Shown: positions 18,829 through 29,388, counted from the first letter of the stretch. The stretch is DNA of 64,000 bases from Candidatus Bathyarchaeota archaeon (GCA_963770935.1 CAVYRJ010000009.1:1-64000), one strand, 5' to 3'. A program made the numbers and translations. Notes: generated from the sequence alone by a model not told the origin.

Positions 18829-20078
18829 TTCCTTAAAACCTCAACTTTTAGCGAGTTAACAGCGCTGGTTTCGCTTCCCTTCAGTTTTATCTTAATCATC
18901 TGAGCAGGATGAACTTTACGAAACTTATTTGTCTTTACCAGCGTTTCTCCATCAAAGAACCCAACAGCTACATCTTCTCCGGGGCAGGTTACACGAATCG
19001 AAAACTCAAGGTCAACGCCACGACAGATGCTTTGGGGCAAAACATACCGAATTTTATTACCTGCCTCTACAGGGATTCTTTCCACCTTTCGAATCTTTCC
19101 GAGAACGTATTCTGCCGCGCTTTTTCCCGCTTTCTCCGCTTCAAGAGTAACAAAATCCACTACATCGTGAACATGGAGGGCGTTACCACACGCAAAAACT
19201 CCAGACACAGAAGTTTCAAGATTTTCGTCGACGATAGCTCCTCCAGTAACTTGACTGAGTTTAACATCACAATTTTTTGATAGGTCATTTTCTGGAATCA
19301 AGCCTATAGAGAGAAGGAGAGTGTCACAGGCAATCTTTTGTTCTTTTCCTTTTATTGGCTTCAAATCCTTGTCTACGGGAGAGATAGTGACTGCTTCAAC
19401 CTTATTCTGCCCATGGATTTCGGTGACGGTGTGTAAGAGAAGAAGAGGAATCTTATAGTCAATTAGGCATTGTTGAATGTTTCGCGGCAGACCATTGGTG
19501 TGAGGAAGAATCTCAACTACAGCGTGGACTTTAGCGCCTTCCAGTGTAAGACGACGAGCCATAATCAAACCTATGTCGCCCGAACCGAGAATAACAACGT
19601 CTTTGCCAACCATCACATTTTTCAAGTTGATGAGATTCTGGGCTACACCAGCAGTATACACTCCAGCAGGTCTTGTTCCTGGAATGTAAATCTGTCCACG
19701 CGTTCGCTCACGACACCCCATAGCAAGAACTATGGCTTTGGCGTCAAAACAAAGTAGCCCCTTAGGACTAGCAACGAACACCTTTTTTTGAGGCGTGACT
19801 TCAAGCACCATACTGTCAAGCATATAAGGAATTTTTAACTTCTTCAGTTCATCTAAGTATCTTTGAGCGTATTCCGGACCGGTCATTTGTTCTTTAAAAA
19901 GTTCAAGACCGAACCCATCATGTATGCATTGAGGAAGGATGCCGCCAAGCCAACCGTTCCTTTCTACGATTATCAAGTCTTTAAGGCCATTTTTCTTTGC
20001 ACTAATAGCTGCAGCTAGTCCTGCTGGACCAGCACCTATCACAACCAAATCAATATTTTGAGACGGTAACTCACTCAC
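18825..20078 (-). CDS. FAD/NAD(P)-dependent oxidoreductase
   Basis: GAGPAG, GGILPQCIHDGFG, AMGCRER, GSGDIGLIMARR, CGNALHVHD. Confidence 0.9.
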   Translation of the reverse strand: MSELPSQNIDLVVIGAGPAGLAAAISAKKNGLKDLIIVERNGWLGGILPQCIHDGFGLELFKEQMTGPEYAQRYLDELKKLKIPYMLDSMVLEVTPQKKVFVASPKGLLCFDAKAIVLAMGCRERTRGQIYIPGTRPAGVYTAGVAQNLINLKNVMVGKDVVILGSGDIGLIMARRLTLEGAKVHAVVEILPHTNGLPRNIQQCLIDYKIPLLLLHTVTEIHGQNKVEAVTISPVDKDLKPIKGKEQKIACDTLLLSIGLIPENDLSKNCDVKLSQVTGGAIVDENLETSVSGVFACGNALHVHDVVDFVTLEAEKAGKSAAEYVLGKIRKVERIPVEAGNKIRYVLPQSICRGVDLEFSIRVTCPGEDVAVGFFDGETLVKTNKFRKVHPAQMIKIKLKGSETSAVNSLKVEVLRK

Positions 20079-21574
20079 TTTTTCTTACCCTCCCTCAGGA
20101 CTTTAGTTTCACCTATAAACAGCGGCGAATCTAAATTCTTCAACTTAATCTCTTCAGGTGACAGCCCATATTCCTCTTTTAGAATTTCCACAATTTTGGG
20201 TAAGCAGAAACCCCCCTGGCATCTACCCATACCCGCTCGGGTACGATATTTCACGGCGGAAATTGTTTTCTCTGAAATTTGGTTGTTTAACGCGTCTAAG
20301 ACTTCCAGTTTGGATACATGTTCACACCTACAGACGATTTCACCGTATGCGGGATTTACTTTAATCAAAGAAGCTTGCTCTTTTCTTGATGCTTCACTAA
20401 AAGGAGTTATTCTTCTACGAATAGGATTAAAATCTGTTTTTTCCTCCAAATCCATTTTCGCTTTAATCATTTGAACAACCAATCTTGCGATGGCAGGAGA
20501 GGATGTGAGACCAGGGGACTCCATTCCTATCATGTTGATGAAGTTTTCAACGTCTTCTTGGATGACGAAGTCACGAGACCCTTTCTCTTCTGGCGGAGTA
20601 ATCTTAGACCTCACTGCAGAAAAGCCGTAGATAACTTGGTTTAGGGGAATGGAGGGAAGTAGACTCTTAGCCCCCTCAATTAGTTGCCGAATCTTTTCTT
20701 TGGTTGTTCTTGTATCTTCTCGCTCATTGATGAATTCTTCACTAGGTCCAATCAATATGTTTCCATCCAATGTGGGTGTGAGATGAACACCCAAGACTCC
20801 TGCGATTTTTGGCGGCACCGGATAGACCATGCTGTTGATTAAGTCGCGACAATTCTTGTCAAGGATGAGATATTCGCCACGGCAGGGATAGAGTTTGTAA
20901 TTATCAATGCCTATCATAGCGGAGATTCTGTCTGCGAATAGACCTGCACTATTCACAACGATGTCTGCGTGGAAGACTCCCTGATTTGTTGTTACTTTGT
21001 AACCGCTGTTCACTTGTTTTATTGCTGACACTTGGGTGTTGACGTGAACTTTCACGCCATTGTTTAAGGCATTCTCAGCTAAGGCAATTGTGAAAAGATA
21101 AGGGGGAACGATTCCAGCCACAGGAGAATGTAACGCATAGAGGGCATCCAAGTGGGGTTCTCGCTTTTTAAGTTCTTCTCCAGAGATTATGTTTAATCCT
21201 TTGACTCCGTTTCCTTCCCCCACGGCTTTTAAGCCTTCTAAGTCTTCGAGTTCTTCTTCTGTTCGGGCAATTACATGTTTTCCGCAGAGTTTGTAGGGTA
21301 CATCAAGTTGCTTCGCCAACTCTGGAAACATCAGTCGCCCTTCAACACACAGTTTAGCCTTCAAGCTCCCCCTCGGATAGTAAAGACCTGTGTGAAGGAC
21401 TCCACTGTTACCTTTGCTAACGCCAGAACCGACGTCAGAATCCTTCTCCAACAGCACTGTTTCGATTTTGAATTTTGCTAGTTCTCTTGCGATGGCACAG
21501 CCTATTACGCCAGCTCCTATCACTAATACTTCACATCTGCTGTTCACAGTGAGTCGTCCCTTACACATTAACAA
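20075..21574 (-). CDS. GlpA-like FAD-dependent dehydrogenase with a BFD-like [2Fe-2S] domain
   Basis: GAGVIG, SKGNSGVLH, ESPGLTSSPA, VCRCE...RAGMGRCQGGFC. Confidence 0.88.
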   Translation of the reverse strand: MLMCKGRLTVNSRCEVLVIGAGVIGCAIARELAKFKIETVLLEKDSDVGSGVSKGNSGVLHTGLYYPRGSLKAKLCVEGRLMFPELAKQLDVPYKLCGKHVIARTEEELEDLEGLKAVGEGNGVKGLNIISGEELKKREPHLDALYALHSPVAGIVPPYLFTIALAENALNNGVKVHVNTQVSAIKQVNSGYKVTTNQGVFHADIVVNSAGLFADRISAMIGIDNYKLYPCRGEYLILDKNCRDLINSMVYPVPPKIAGVLGVHLTPTLDGNILIGPSEEFINEREDTRTTKEKIRQLIEGAKSLLPSIPLNQVIYGFSAVRSKITPPEEKGSRDFVIQEDVENFINMIGMESPGLTSSPAIARLVVQMIKAKMDLEEKTDFNPIRRRITPFSEASRKEQASLIKVNPAYGEIVCRCEHVSKLEVLDALNNQISEKTISAVKYRTRAGMGRCQGGFCLPKIVEILKEEYGLSPEEIKLKNLDSPLFIGETKVLREGKKK

Positions 21575-21769
21575 CTATAGAAGAACAAGATAGCATCTGC
21601 TCGGATAAAAATTGTTCTCAAATACTTTATCCTAACGTAGCCTGCGCAGTCTGACAACAATAATAACATTTCGTATCTGTTCAGCAAATATAATTTCTTG
21701 AATAGCCCCATGTATCATGACATCCAATTCCGCAACTGTTTGAGTGAAAAAACGGGAAATGCGGATAAT

Positions 21770-21812
21770 ATCTCCACTTGCAACGGAGGTTCAAGTTTCT
21801 CCCCGCCCGCCT
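21770..21812 (+). repeat. att-like site: ATCTCCACTT arm plus a 21/25 copy of the tRNA-Arg 3' end
   Basis: ATCTCCACTTG...GGTTCAAGTTTCTCCCCGCCCGCC. Confidence 0.8.
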
Positions 21813-21823
21813 CTAATACTCAT

Positions 21824-22837
21824 CTATTTTGTTGGATTAGGGCGAAGTTGAGTTATAGAGGAGATGTCTCCCTTTATGATTGGACTTCCGTTCTTGTATG
21901 AACATTGGATGCCGTATTTTTTCACGCATGCTAAACAAAGAACGGGGTCGCAGAGATTTGTGCTGAGGTATTTTTCGCCGCCGTCAGGAGCGATGCAGAC
22001 CAGAACGCCGTTTGAAAGCGTTTTTGCTTTTTGTAGAGCAACATGGAAGATGGCGCCTGAGCTGGGTCCAACAAAAAGCCCCTCTTGCAAAGCCAAAAGC
22101 CGTGCTGCGTCATCTGCCGCTTTGGGATTGACGTAGTGTACTTCGTCGACGTAGTCTTGGTTCCAGATTGCGGGAACATACTGAGTTTTCAAATCCTTTA
22201 GTCCCTGAATTGATGTGCCAACTTCAGGTTGAACTCCGATAACTTTTACATTTGTGTTGTGCTCTTTGAGCCGTTTTGAAACGCCCATAAGCGTACCGGT
22301 GGTACCGATACCACCGAAGAAATGTGTGATCTGCCCGTTGGTATCTTTCCAAATCTCTTCACCTGTAGTTTCGTAGTGAGCCATAACGTTTGCTTCGTTT
22401 GCAAATTGATTTGGCAGGAAGTACTGCTCTGGGTTTCTGTTGACTATTTCATGAGCCAAATCTTCTGCTCCATCCATTCCCTTGGAGCCATCGCTGAGCA
22501 AAACCCTGGCACCTAACGAGATAAGAATTTGGCGTCTTTCCAACGACATAGTTTCAGGCATAACCAAAACTAAATCGTAGCCTTTGGCACGGCAAACCAA
22601 AGCTAACCCGATGCCTGTGTTTCCACTAGTGGGTTCAATCACCGTTTTTCCGTTTGTTAGCTCCCCTGATTTTTCAGCCTGTTCAATCATGTATTTGGCA
22701 ATTCGGTCTTTGACAGAGCCGCCGGGATTATATTTCTCCAGTTTGATGAAAATTTGAAGGTTAGGATTTAGATTCAATCGTGTTATCTCAACCAATGGGG
22801 TGTTGCCGATAAGTTCAAGCACGCTTTTTGCATTCAT
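21824..22837 (-). CDS. cysM: Cysteine synthase (PLP-dependent, CysK/CysM family)
   Basis: IGNTPL, NPGGSVKDR, EPTSGNTG, GTTGT, GPSSGA; start taken at MNAKS. Confidence 0.88.
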   Translation of the reverse strand: MNAKSVLELIGNTPLVEITRLNLNPNLQIFIKLEKYNPGGSVKDRIAKYMIEQAEKSGELTNGKTVIEPTSGNTGIGLALVCRAKGYDLVLVMPETMSLERRQILISLGARVLLSDGSKGMDGAEDLAHEIVNRNPEQYFLPNQFANEANVMAHYETTGEEIWKDTNGQITHFFGGIGTTGTLMGVSKRLKEHNTNVKVIGVQPEVGTSIQGLKDLKTQYVPAIWNQDYVDEVHYVNPKAADDAARLLALQEGLFVGPSSGAIFHVALQKAKTLSNGVLVCIAPDGGEKYLSTNLCDPVLCLACVKKYGIQCSYKNGSPIIKGDISSITQLRPNPTK

Positions 22838-22933
22838 CCAAATAGACCGCCAAGAATAGTAGGTATCTGCTTCGGCATTATAAATTGTCTGCAGATATAT
22901 GCGCCTCATAATCCGAGAGAGAAAAACAACCAG

Positions 22934-22997
22934 CTAAGTTAGGTGTCGAGGAATCAAATCTTTCCCACCCTCTACGGACAAGCCCGCCACATTTTGG
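22934..22997 (+). repeat. Degenerate copy of the tRNA-Arg 3' half plus flank (outer att)
   Basis: CTAAGTTAGGTGTCGAGGAATCAAATCTTTCCCACCCTCTACGGACAAGCCCGCC..TTTTGG aligns to 9048-9113. Confidence 0.75.
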
Positions 22998-23350
22998 AAC
23001 TTAGGAGATAATTACAAAATTAAATTTTTCTTACAGTCATTTTTTTTCTTTATTGTCTTTGGACTTTTGTAACAATAAAACGGGATCTAACGCGTAAGGT
23101 GTTGATAATTAAGAAATCGGTTATTATGTGACCTTGAAGTTTGTGTGACATTTTTCGCAATTAAAAACTTCGATACTAAAAAAATGATTTTTCAGTGACT
23201 TTGAATGTTTTTTAACTTCATTACCACAGCTGGGACAGTTAACCATCCAAAACCCTCACTATCTTATTGTCGGAAATGGAATAAGAGTATTGTGGACACA
23301 TAAATCTCAGGATATACGCTAAAAGTAAAGGATTTTAATTGATTGAAATA

Positions 23351-23617
23351 TCATGTTGTATTAGTAGTGGGAGAAGAAATTGTTAATTCATCTTCGTTCA
23401 CTTTAACTATTAAACGATATTGTTTTACTATTTTTATTACCTGTTCAAATTGGTCACCAAATAGTCCCTTAAAATAGACGCTATAATATGGCGAAGGGAG
23501 GTGATTAGATTTAGATTCTATTAAATTGACTATCTGAGGAAAGAGGTCTGGGATTTTGTCATAAATTTCTTTTAATAGGTAAATTGCTTGGCTTCTATCC
23601 ATTTGATGCCTTAACAC
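23351..23617 (-). CDS. Small hypothetical protein
   Basis: MDRSQAIYLLKEI... in an AT-rich region. Confidence 0.5.
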   Translation of the reverse strand: MLRHQMDRSQAIYLLKEIYDKIPDLFPQIVNLIESKSNHLPSPYYSVYFKGLFGDQFEQVIKIVKQYRLIVKVNEDELTISSPTTNTT

Positions 23618-23800
23618 TATTTTCTTGTATCACAATTAAAGCTTAACTCAAATCCCCTAATTACCTCAAGCCGGCAAGTTCTAACACATCAATTAATAAA
23701 ATCAAGAACAGTGTGAAGCCACACCTATTACAAACATCAATTTTTAAGACCTACTTGGATCTGCCCAAAAAAAAGCTTCCAAAGCGAATTGAAAACCCTG

Positions 23801-25016
23801 TTAAATCGTTTGATTCCAATAGTACACGTGCTTGTAGCCTGCATTAGTTACAGGAAACTGTGGGTCTTCATAGATAATGTCTAAACTGGTACCGTATTTG
23901 GCTACAAGTTTTTGTGTGATATCCCAAATTCGAGTTGAATTTCCATCAGGCGGCCAGAGTCCCCAAATCGGCTCGCCTGGATTTCTCATACCCCAGCCGT
24001 AATTACGGGGCAAAACCAAAACAGTTTCAGGTTGATCGTTAACGTTAAGTTTTGGTATTTTGTTCCAGAATCTCTCCAACGCCAAAAAATGCTCATCAGT
24101 CAAGATTCCATAAGGATTCCCTGGAATTTGTGGGAAATCAAAAATTACTTCATATTTGGCTCCTGCCTCATAGGCGGTAACGAGTTCGCTGAACATTTCA
24201 GTGCCATCCACCAAGTATGGAGGTTGGTCATAGGTCCAGGTTATTATAGTGCCCCAAGTTTTATCCTGCAAGTCTTGCTGCGCCCCTTGCCAATGCAATG
24301 GTTTGAGGAATGCTGTGGTTGGAGCCGAACTCAGCGAAAATAACGTCATACCCAGCTAAGTAATCAAACCAGTAGAGGGCATAGTCTGATGTAAACGCTG
24401 AGATTGAACGAGATTTTAGTTCATTTATTTCTAATCCTGTTTCTATTGCATCATGAAAGTGAACAGCTGCGTTGTTGTAATCTCTGGTTGATGAGCTGTT
24501 AATGGCAAGGTTAAGTTCGACTATTGGCGTGTGTGAATAATACTCGGAGGTGTTGCGGATTCTTATTTGGTTAAAGTAACGCGTCCAGTTGGCATCTATT
24601 GTTTGTCCACCGGGTTCGTCGTTAAGATAGATACCAAGGAAGCGGCTGCCCCAGGTTTGTTTAGCATAGTCAAGCCAGGGAATTTGCCATGGATACGCTG
24701 GGTTAAAGTAGCCAAAATAAGCAATCACATCCAAATCTGAAGTTACAGCGTAGTCAACTATTTCATTAATCGCGGTTTCATTAATACTGACCGGACCAGA
24801 CTGCACCACCAAGAGGTTAGTGTAACTTTTGACTCTGTCAATTAGAAGTTTGGCCTCGGCAGTAGTGTTGCCGCAGAAAGAAACGCCAACGTGGAACCCT
24901 GATTTATGGATTAACGATCTCTGATTAGTGTTTAGTAGTTGTGTTGCGGTATAAATGGAAGCTACAATAATGATAACGGCAAGAACTGCAAGAAAAACAA
25001 CAACAATTCGCCTCAG
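23801..25016 (-). CDS. Secreted/membrane-anchored hypothetical protein with one frameshift near 24270
   Basis: ORFs 24261-24812 and 23801-24349 join at ARGAARL/QDKTWG; the frame extends upstream to a CTG after GGAGG and encodes a hydrophobic signal. Confidence 0.7.
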
Positions 25017-25229
25017 TAAAATGCCTCCTGGATCATTTAACCTGTATAATCAAGCTTACTCGCTTCTTAGCAGAATAAGTATTTTCAAGTAGAAATATGT
25101 TGCCAATTTTATGGCGCGCTTAAATTTTTGTCTTAGTCAACGTCCCGAATCAAATTTGCAGCATATTAGAAACTACGCACAAACCAGATTGTGGATGCTG
25201 TTTATCCTGTTCCTGCAGCAAAAAATAGG

Positions 25230-25693
25230 TCAATTTATGGGTTTTTTCCATCCGCCGTTGCTGAACCTTGCTATACACCCAAACGGAAACGCCAGCACCA
25301 CAATATCGATTATCGCTATGTATGAAAAGGGTAAACTTAAGGCAGTTTGCAAGACAAGGTTGATTGTGGAAAATGTGAGAAGCAGAAATATGCCGTTTAA
25401 CCAGAAACCCACTTGCCACCCTTTGGTTTTGTAGAGGGTGTTGATTATGAAGATGTTTAAGACGCCTATCATTATCGGTTGAATAAGGTACTGTTGTGAG
25501 CATTAAAAGGACAAAGCCTATTGGCGGCATGTAGGACATAAAAGACTGCCGAGCATCCTCCAACTGTCGTTTGAATAACAACTAATACGATGGCTAAGAC
25601 TACGCCTTGGATCAAGAGTTTCTCTACTAAACGCAAATTCCGCAGATGATTAAAGACTCGGTTTTCAGTTAGCGTTTTTAGCAATCCAATCAC
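25230..25693 (-). CDS. Membrane protein read across two apparent frameshifts
   Basis: Hydrophobic segments continue through three successive frames; overlaps the upstream GH-like gene. Confidence 0.5.
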
Positions 25694-26594
25694 CTACAGC
25701 TTGTTCTGCTGGTCTATCACGGATTCCATAATTATCAAATGCACTGTTCCAGTAAACCAGCCAACAGCCTTTTAGTCCCATGTTTTTGAAGAGGTTAAGT
25801 CCTTTGATGAGGAAGTCACTTTGGGTTTGGCTATTGCTTGTTGACATTCCAAACTCGGTTATAACTACGTCTTTGTTGGTTATTTTCTGTAGGTTTTGAA
25901 TAAAGTGCGGTGACAACACAAGAAATGAATCCATGAATATGTCTAAGCCTACGAAATCGAGTTTTTTGCTCAGTTCAATTGGCACATTGCTTCTTAGGAT
26001 ATAGCCGATTCCAAAGTTAGTGTAGAGTTGAGCTGAAAGATTGTGAGCTGCAACAGTTGAGTACAAACGCTCAAAATTGGTGATTATTTCATCGTCAGTA
26101 AATATTGATCCAACAGACCACGTAGAAGACAATTCTGGTTCATTCATAACTTGAATATATCTGAAGTGGCTTCCCCAACGGTTAAGATAATAATCCACTT
26201 TATCGATTACTTCAAGATTCTTGATTACTAACGCCACAGCTAAACCATAATTGCCAGTTGCCGAAAATAATACATCTAATTTTTGGTTTTGCGGATCGTT
26301 ATATTCAAGGGGGTTGCATTCAAGAGTTATGCGGATAACTTTGAAGCCTAAATCGTGAATGCGCGTGACTTGACCGTAAATTTGGTCCAATTCGTCTTGT
26401 TCGTAGACATAGTGGATTCCAACTTGAAAGGAAGAATTCGCGTTCTTGTCCGCTGACGCATAATACTGATATGGAAAAAAGACTTGAACAAAAAGAAACA
26501 TGATACATAGCGTGATGACGATGAGGTTTTTTATCAAGCTCTTGTTTGTGAACCCGACTAAGCCGTGAATAAGGTTTCCTAAGAGCTTATTCAT
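25665..26594 (-). CDS. Clan GH-A-like glycoside hydrolase (TIM barrel) with an N-terminal TM helix
   Basis: LGFKVIRI, QVMNEP (acid/base), VITEFG (nucleophile). Confidence 0.7.
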   Translation of the reverse strand: MNKLLGNLIHGLVGFTNKSLIKNLIVITLCIMFLFVQVFFPYQYYASADKNANSSFQVGIHYVYEQDELDQIYGQVTRIHDLGFKVIRITLECNPLEYNDPQNQKLDVLFSATGNYGLAVALVIKNLEVIDKVDYYLNRWGSHFRYIQVMNEPELSSTWSVGSIFTDDEIITNFERLYSTVAAHNLSAQLYTNFGIGYILRSNVPIELSKKLDFVGLDIFMDSFLVLSPHFIQNLQKITNKDVVITEFGMSTSNSQTQSDFLIKGLNLFKNMGLKGCWLVYWNSAFDNYGIRDRPAEQAVGDWIAKNAN

Positions 26595-26685
26595 AGCTCT
26601 ACATTAAGAGCTGATGTTCTTTTAAGTCTTAATGAATTAACCCTATAAAACGTAAAAAAAAGAAAACAAAGAAAAACTTTGTTTT

Positions 26686-27861
26686 TTAGTAGAAACTTTG
26701 AATTGGCGACTCGTTGTTTGCAGCGGTTGAGGATTTGATTTCTTCGATTTTGGTCTTCGTTAGGCATTTGATGTTGTTAAAGTTTGACATTTCGCCATAG
26801 CTTACCAGTGTAATTGCTGTTCCATCTTCGCCTTTGCGTGCAGTTCTGCCGATGCGGTGGAAATAAACTGGTGCATCATTTGGTACATCATAGTTGATTA
26901 TGTGGGTAATGCCTTCTATGTCTAAGCCTCTTGCGGCAACGTCAGTTGCTACTAGCAAGTTTGTCCGTCCACAACGGAAGTCGTTAATTGCGCGGTCTCG
27001 CTGCGCTTGTGTGAAGCCTGCGTGAAGCGCTTGTACTCGGCAGCCTTTGCGGTAGAGTTGGTCGGATAGCTTGCTGGTTTCTCTGCGTGTTCGGCAGAAA
27101 ATGATTGCTTTGTCGACGCGGTCATCGTGTAGGATATCGCAGAGTGCTCCAAATTTGCCGTTTTGGTTGACGATGGTGTAGTATTGTTTCATCTGGGTTA
27201 GGGCAATTTCGTCTTTGCTGACAAAGATTTTCTCTGGGTTCTTCATGTATTTGTTGCATACACGCATGACTGATTGTTCCATGGTTGCGCTAAAGAGGCT
27301 TGTTTGCCTGTCTCTGGGGGTTTTTGAAAGAATGAACTCAACGTCTTCAGTGAATCCCATGTCAAGCATACGGTCAGCTTCATCAAGAACAACTATCTTC
27401 ACTGATGAAAGATTCAAAACACGCCTTTCCATAAGGTCAATTAGCCTTCCGGGGGTGCCGACAACGATGTGGACTCCGCTGGCTAACGCGTGGATTTGCT
27501 TGTTGATTGATTCTCCACCGTAAACAGCTAAAACCTTCAGTTTAGCGTATTTCGCAAAAAGCGCCATTTGTTCAGCAACTTGCACAGCTAATTCGCGGGT
27601 TGGAACCAAAATTAGTCCTTGGACTCCGCGGATTTCACGGTTTAAACGTTGAACCATTGGCACGCCGAAAGCAGCTGTTTTTCCTGTTCCGGTTTGTGCT
27701 TGCCCGAGGACATCTTTGCCTTCGAGTAAGGGAATTATTGCTTGAGCTTGAATTGGAAAAAGACTATCAAACCCGAGTTCTTCTATACTTTTTAGGACTT
27801 CTCCTGATAATGGCAAGTCCTTAAATGATTGAATTTGCATACTTATTTGTTCTTCTGCCAC
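26686..27861 (-). CDS. DEAD-box RNA helicase
   Basis: AQTGTGKT, PTRELA, TPGR, DEAD, SAT, ARGLD, HRIGRTAR. Confidence 0.95.
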   Translation of the reverse strand: MAEEQISMQIQSFKDLPLSGEVLKSIEELGFDSLFPIQAQAIIPLLEGKDVLGQAQTGTGKTAAFGVPMVQRLNREIRGVQGLILVPTRELAVQVAEQMALFAKYAKLKVLAVYGGESINKQIHALASGVHIVVGTPGRLIDLMERRVLNLSSVKIVVLDEADRMLDMGFTEDVEFILSKTPRDRQTSLFSATMEQSVMRVCNKYMKNPEKIFVSKDEIALTQMKQYYTIVNQNGKFGALCDILHDDRVDKAIIFCRTRRETSKLSDQLYRKGCRVQALHAGFTQAQRDRAINDFRCGRTNLLVATDVAARGLDIEGITHIINYDVPNDAPVYFHRIGRTARKGEDGTAITLVSYGEMSNFNNIKCLTKTKIEEIKSSTAANNESPIQSFY

Positions 27862-28261
27862 AGGATTTTTTCATGATGTCTCTAAAAGCTTCAGAAGCTT
27901 TGGTGATAGCATGATTAATGTGACAGTCCCAAAAATGTGTGGGCGTGTATAAAAAGGTTTAGCAAGATTTCAAGCAAAAGGCACATTGAAAATCAAAGTT
28001 TTTTCAATAAAAATGTTCTTTGTAGCAAAAAAACACCGCTTTTCCCTCAAATTAGACTATTTTTGCAATAAGGAGAATTAAAACACATAAAAACTATTGC
28101 CTGACTGGTCCATTTATTTGCGTTTTAGCCGCTAAACTCCTCAATCCAACTGTTTGTGACTGTCAAAGCCCAATCACATAGTAATAAAAGCAATTAAAGG
28201 GCAAGTTGAATCAGACTTAAATCATAAGCTTGAACGCTTAAAATCGAGATGCAGAAATAAA

Positions 28262-28525
28262 ATGAGTAAAGCCAAAAAAAAGCCCCTACCGCACTTTTAT
28301 TCTGGAGACCCAAAAGCAGACACAACAGAGGAAACAGAAGACATATACAACTCAAAAGAAAGAGAACAAATGCTAGACGACGATGAAATTACCGCTGCTG
28401 AAGAAGGCTTCATGAAAGGACGAGAAGATGAAGGTCCAAGCAAGAAAGAAACACGCAAAAACGCCATCAGCCATGACGACCAAATATCAGTAGAGTTAGC
28501 TAAAGAAGACGCAGAAGAAGACTAA
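28262..28525 (+). CDS. Small acidic hypothetical protein
   Basis: EDIY...RE.MLDDDEITAAEEGFM.G. Confidence 0.7.
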   Translation: MSKAKKKPLPHFYSGDPKADTTEETEDIYNSKEREQMLDDDEITAAEEGFMKGREDEGPSKKETRKNAISHDDQISVELAKEDAEED

Positions 28526-28572
28526 ACGAACACTATAGGAAAATATTGGTTTCCAAATATCTTTGTCTTTTT

Positions 28573-29388
28573 CTATGCAATTAATTTGTTTAGGTTGTAT
28601 TGTGCGCTAAGCTGCCACTTGATCTCAAAGTAATCTTTTAGTATAAACGTGATGGCGGGGTTTTTTGTCCAGAGAGCCGGTGATTCTGTAGAGTTAGGTG
28701 TACTTGAAACGGTAACAAATACTTCTTTGCCATCGTATATTCCAAATCTTGACATGGAAGAAGTAGGCTCTGTCCTAAGTGTAAAGTTGGGGTCTCTAAT
28801 TAAAGCACGCGTGATTTCAGCAACCAGCTGCTGGTCCTTCTGTATTTCTGTAATCCACTTTACTTTTACACCTCTTTTTAGAGCTTGTTCCCATGATTCA
28901 TTCAAGTTAAACAACCATTGAGTTAACTCGCGCCAAGGACTAATAATAAGAATGCTTTCTTGAGCACTTTCAATTGCTTTCTGTATTCTAAAAATAAGCA
29001 CTTCTTTCTTGGGTATCAAAATGAATTGATGATTCTCCTGGTGAAACCTTGAGTTTTCATTCAAAGCGAAAACCTTGATCAGTTCAGATGCTTCAGCAAG
29101 CAACTCATGTGTTCTCTGATTTTTTCTTTCCATCATTATAGCTATTGTCTCTTGCAGCGGAATTGCCATAAATAGTGCAGGGTTACCTATCACCATCTCA
29201 ACTAGGCTAAGCTCACGAAGTTCTGTCAGTGTTCTGTAGACATCTTGCCGTGCAACTTTTGAAAAAACGCTCACGGCTTTTACCGTTGAATATCTACTCA
29301 ACCTTACAAGCGCTAAATACACTCTTGCTTGCGATAAAGTAAGCCCAAGTTCGCGAAGAGTTTTCTCTCCGAGTTCTACCGATGCCAA
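28573..29388 (-). CDS. TrmB-family transcriptional regulator
   Basis: LGLTLSQARVYLAL...RQDVYRTLTEL wHTH followed by an effector domain. Confidence 0.85.
   Translation of the reverse strand: MASVELGEKTLRELGLTLSQARVYLALVRLSRYSTVKAVSVFSKVARQDVYRTLTELRELSLVEMVIGNPALFMAIPLQETIAIMMERKNQRTHELLAEASELIKVFALNENSRFHQENHQFILIPKKEVLIFRIQKAIESAQESILIISPWRELTQWLFNLNESWEQALKRGVKVKWITEIQKDQQLVAEITRALIRDPNFTLRTEPTSSMSRFGIYDGKEVFVTVSSTPNSTESPALWTKNPAITFILKDYFEIKWQLSAQYNLNKLIA

Larger units (their letters stand above)
9048..22997. mobile_element. tRNA-Arg-anchored composite genomic island with no intact integrase
   Basis: Bounded by the tRNA 3' half (9048-9113) and a degenerate copy (22934-22997); internal att-like copies; accessory and defence cargo. 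Confidence 0.75.

Noticed and set aside
9065-22997. Repeats considered as a CRISPR array
   Set aside because: Spacing is hundreds to thousands of bp, the repeat is tRNA-derived, and there are no cas genes; the Cas4-like fragment is a generic PD-(D/E)XK remnant
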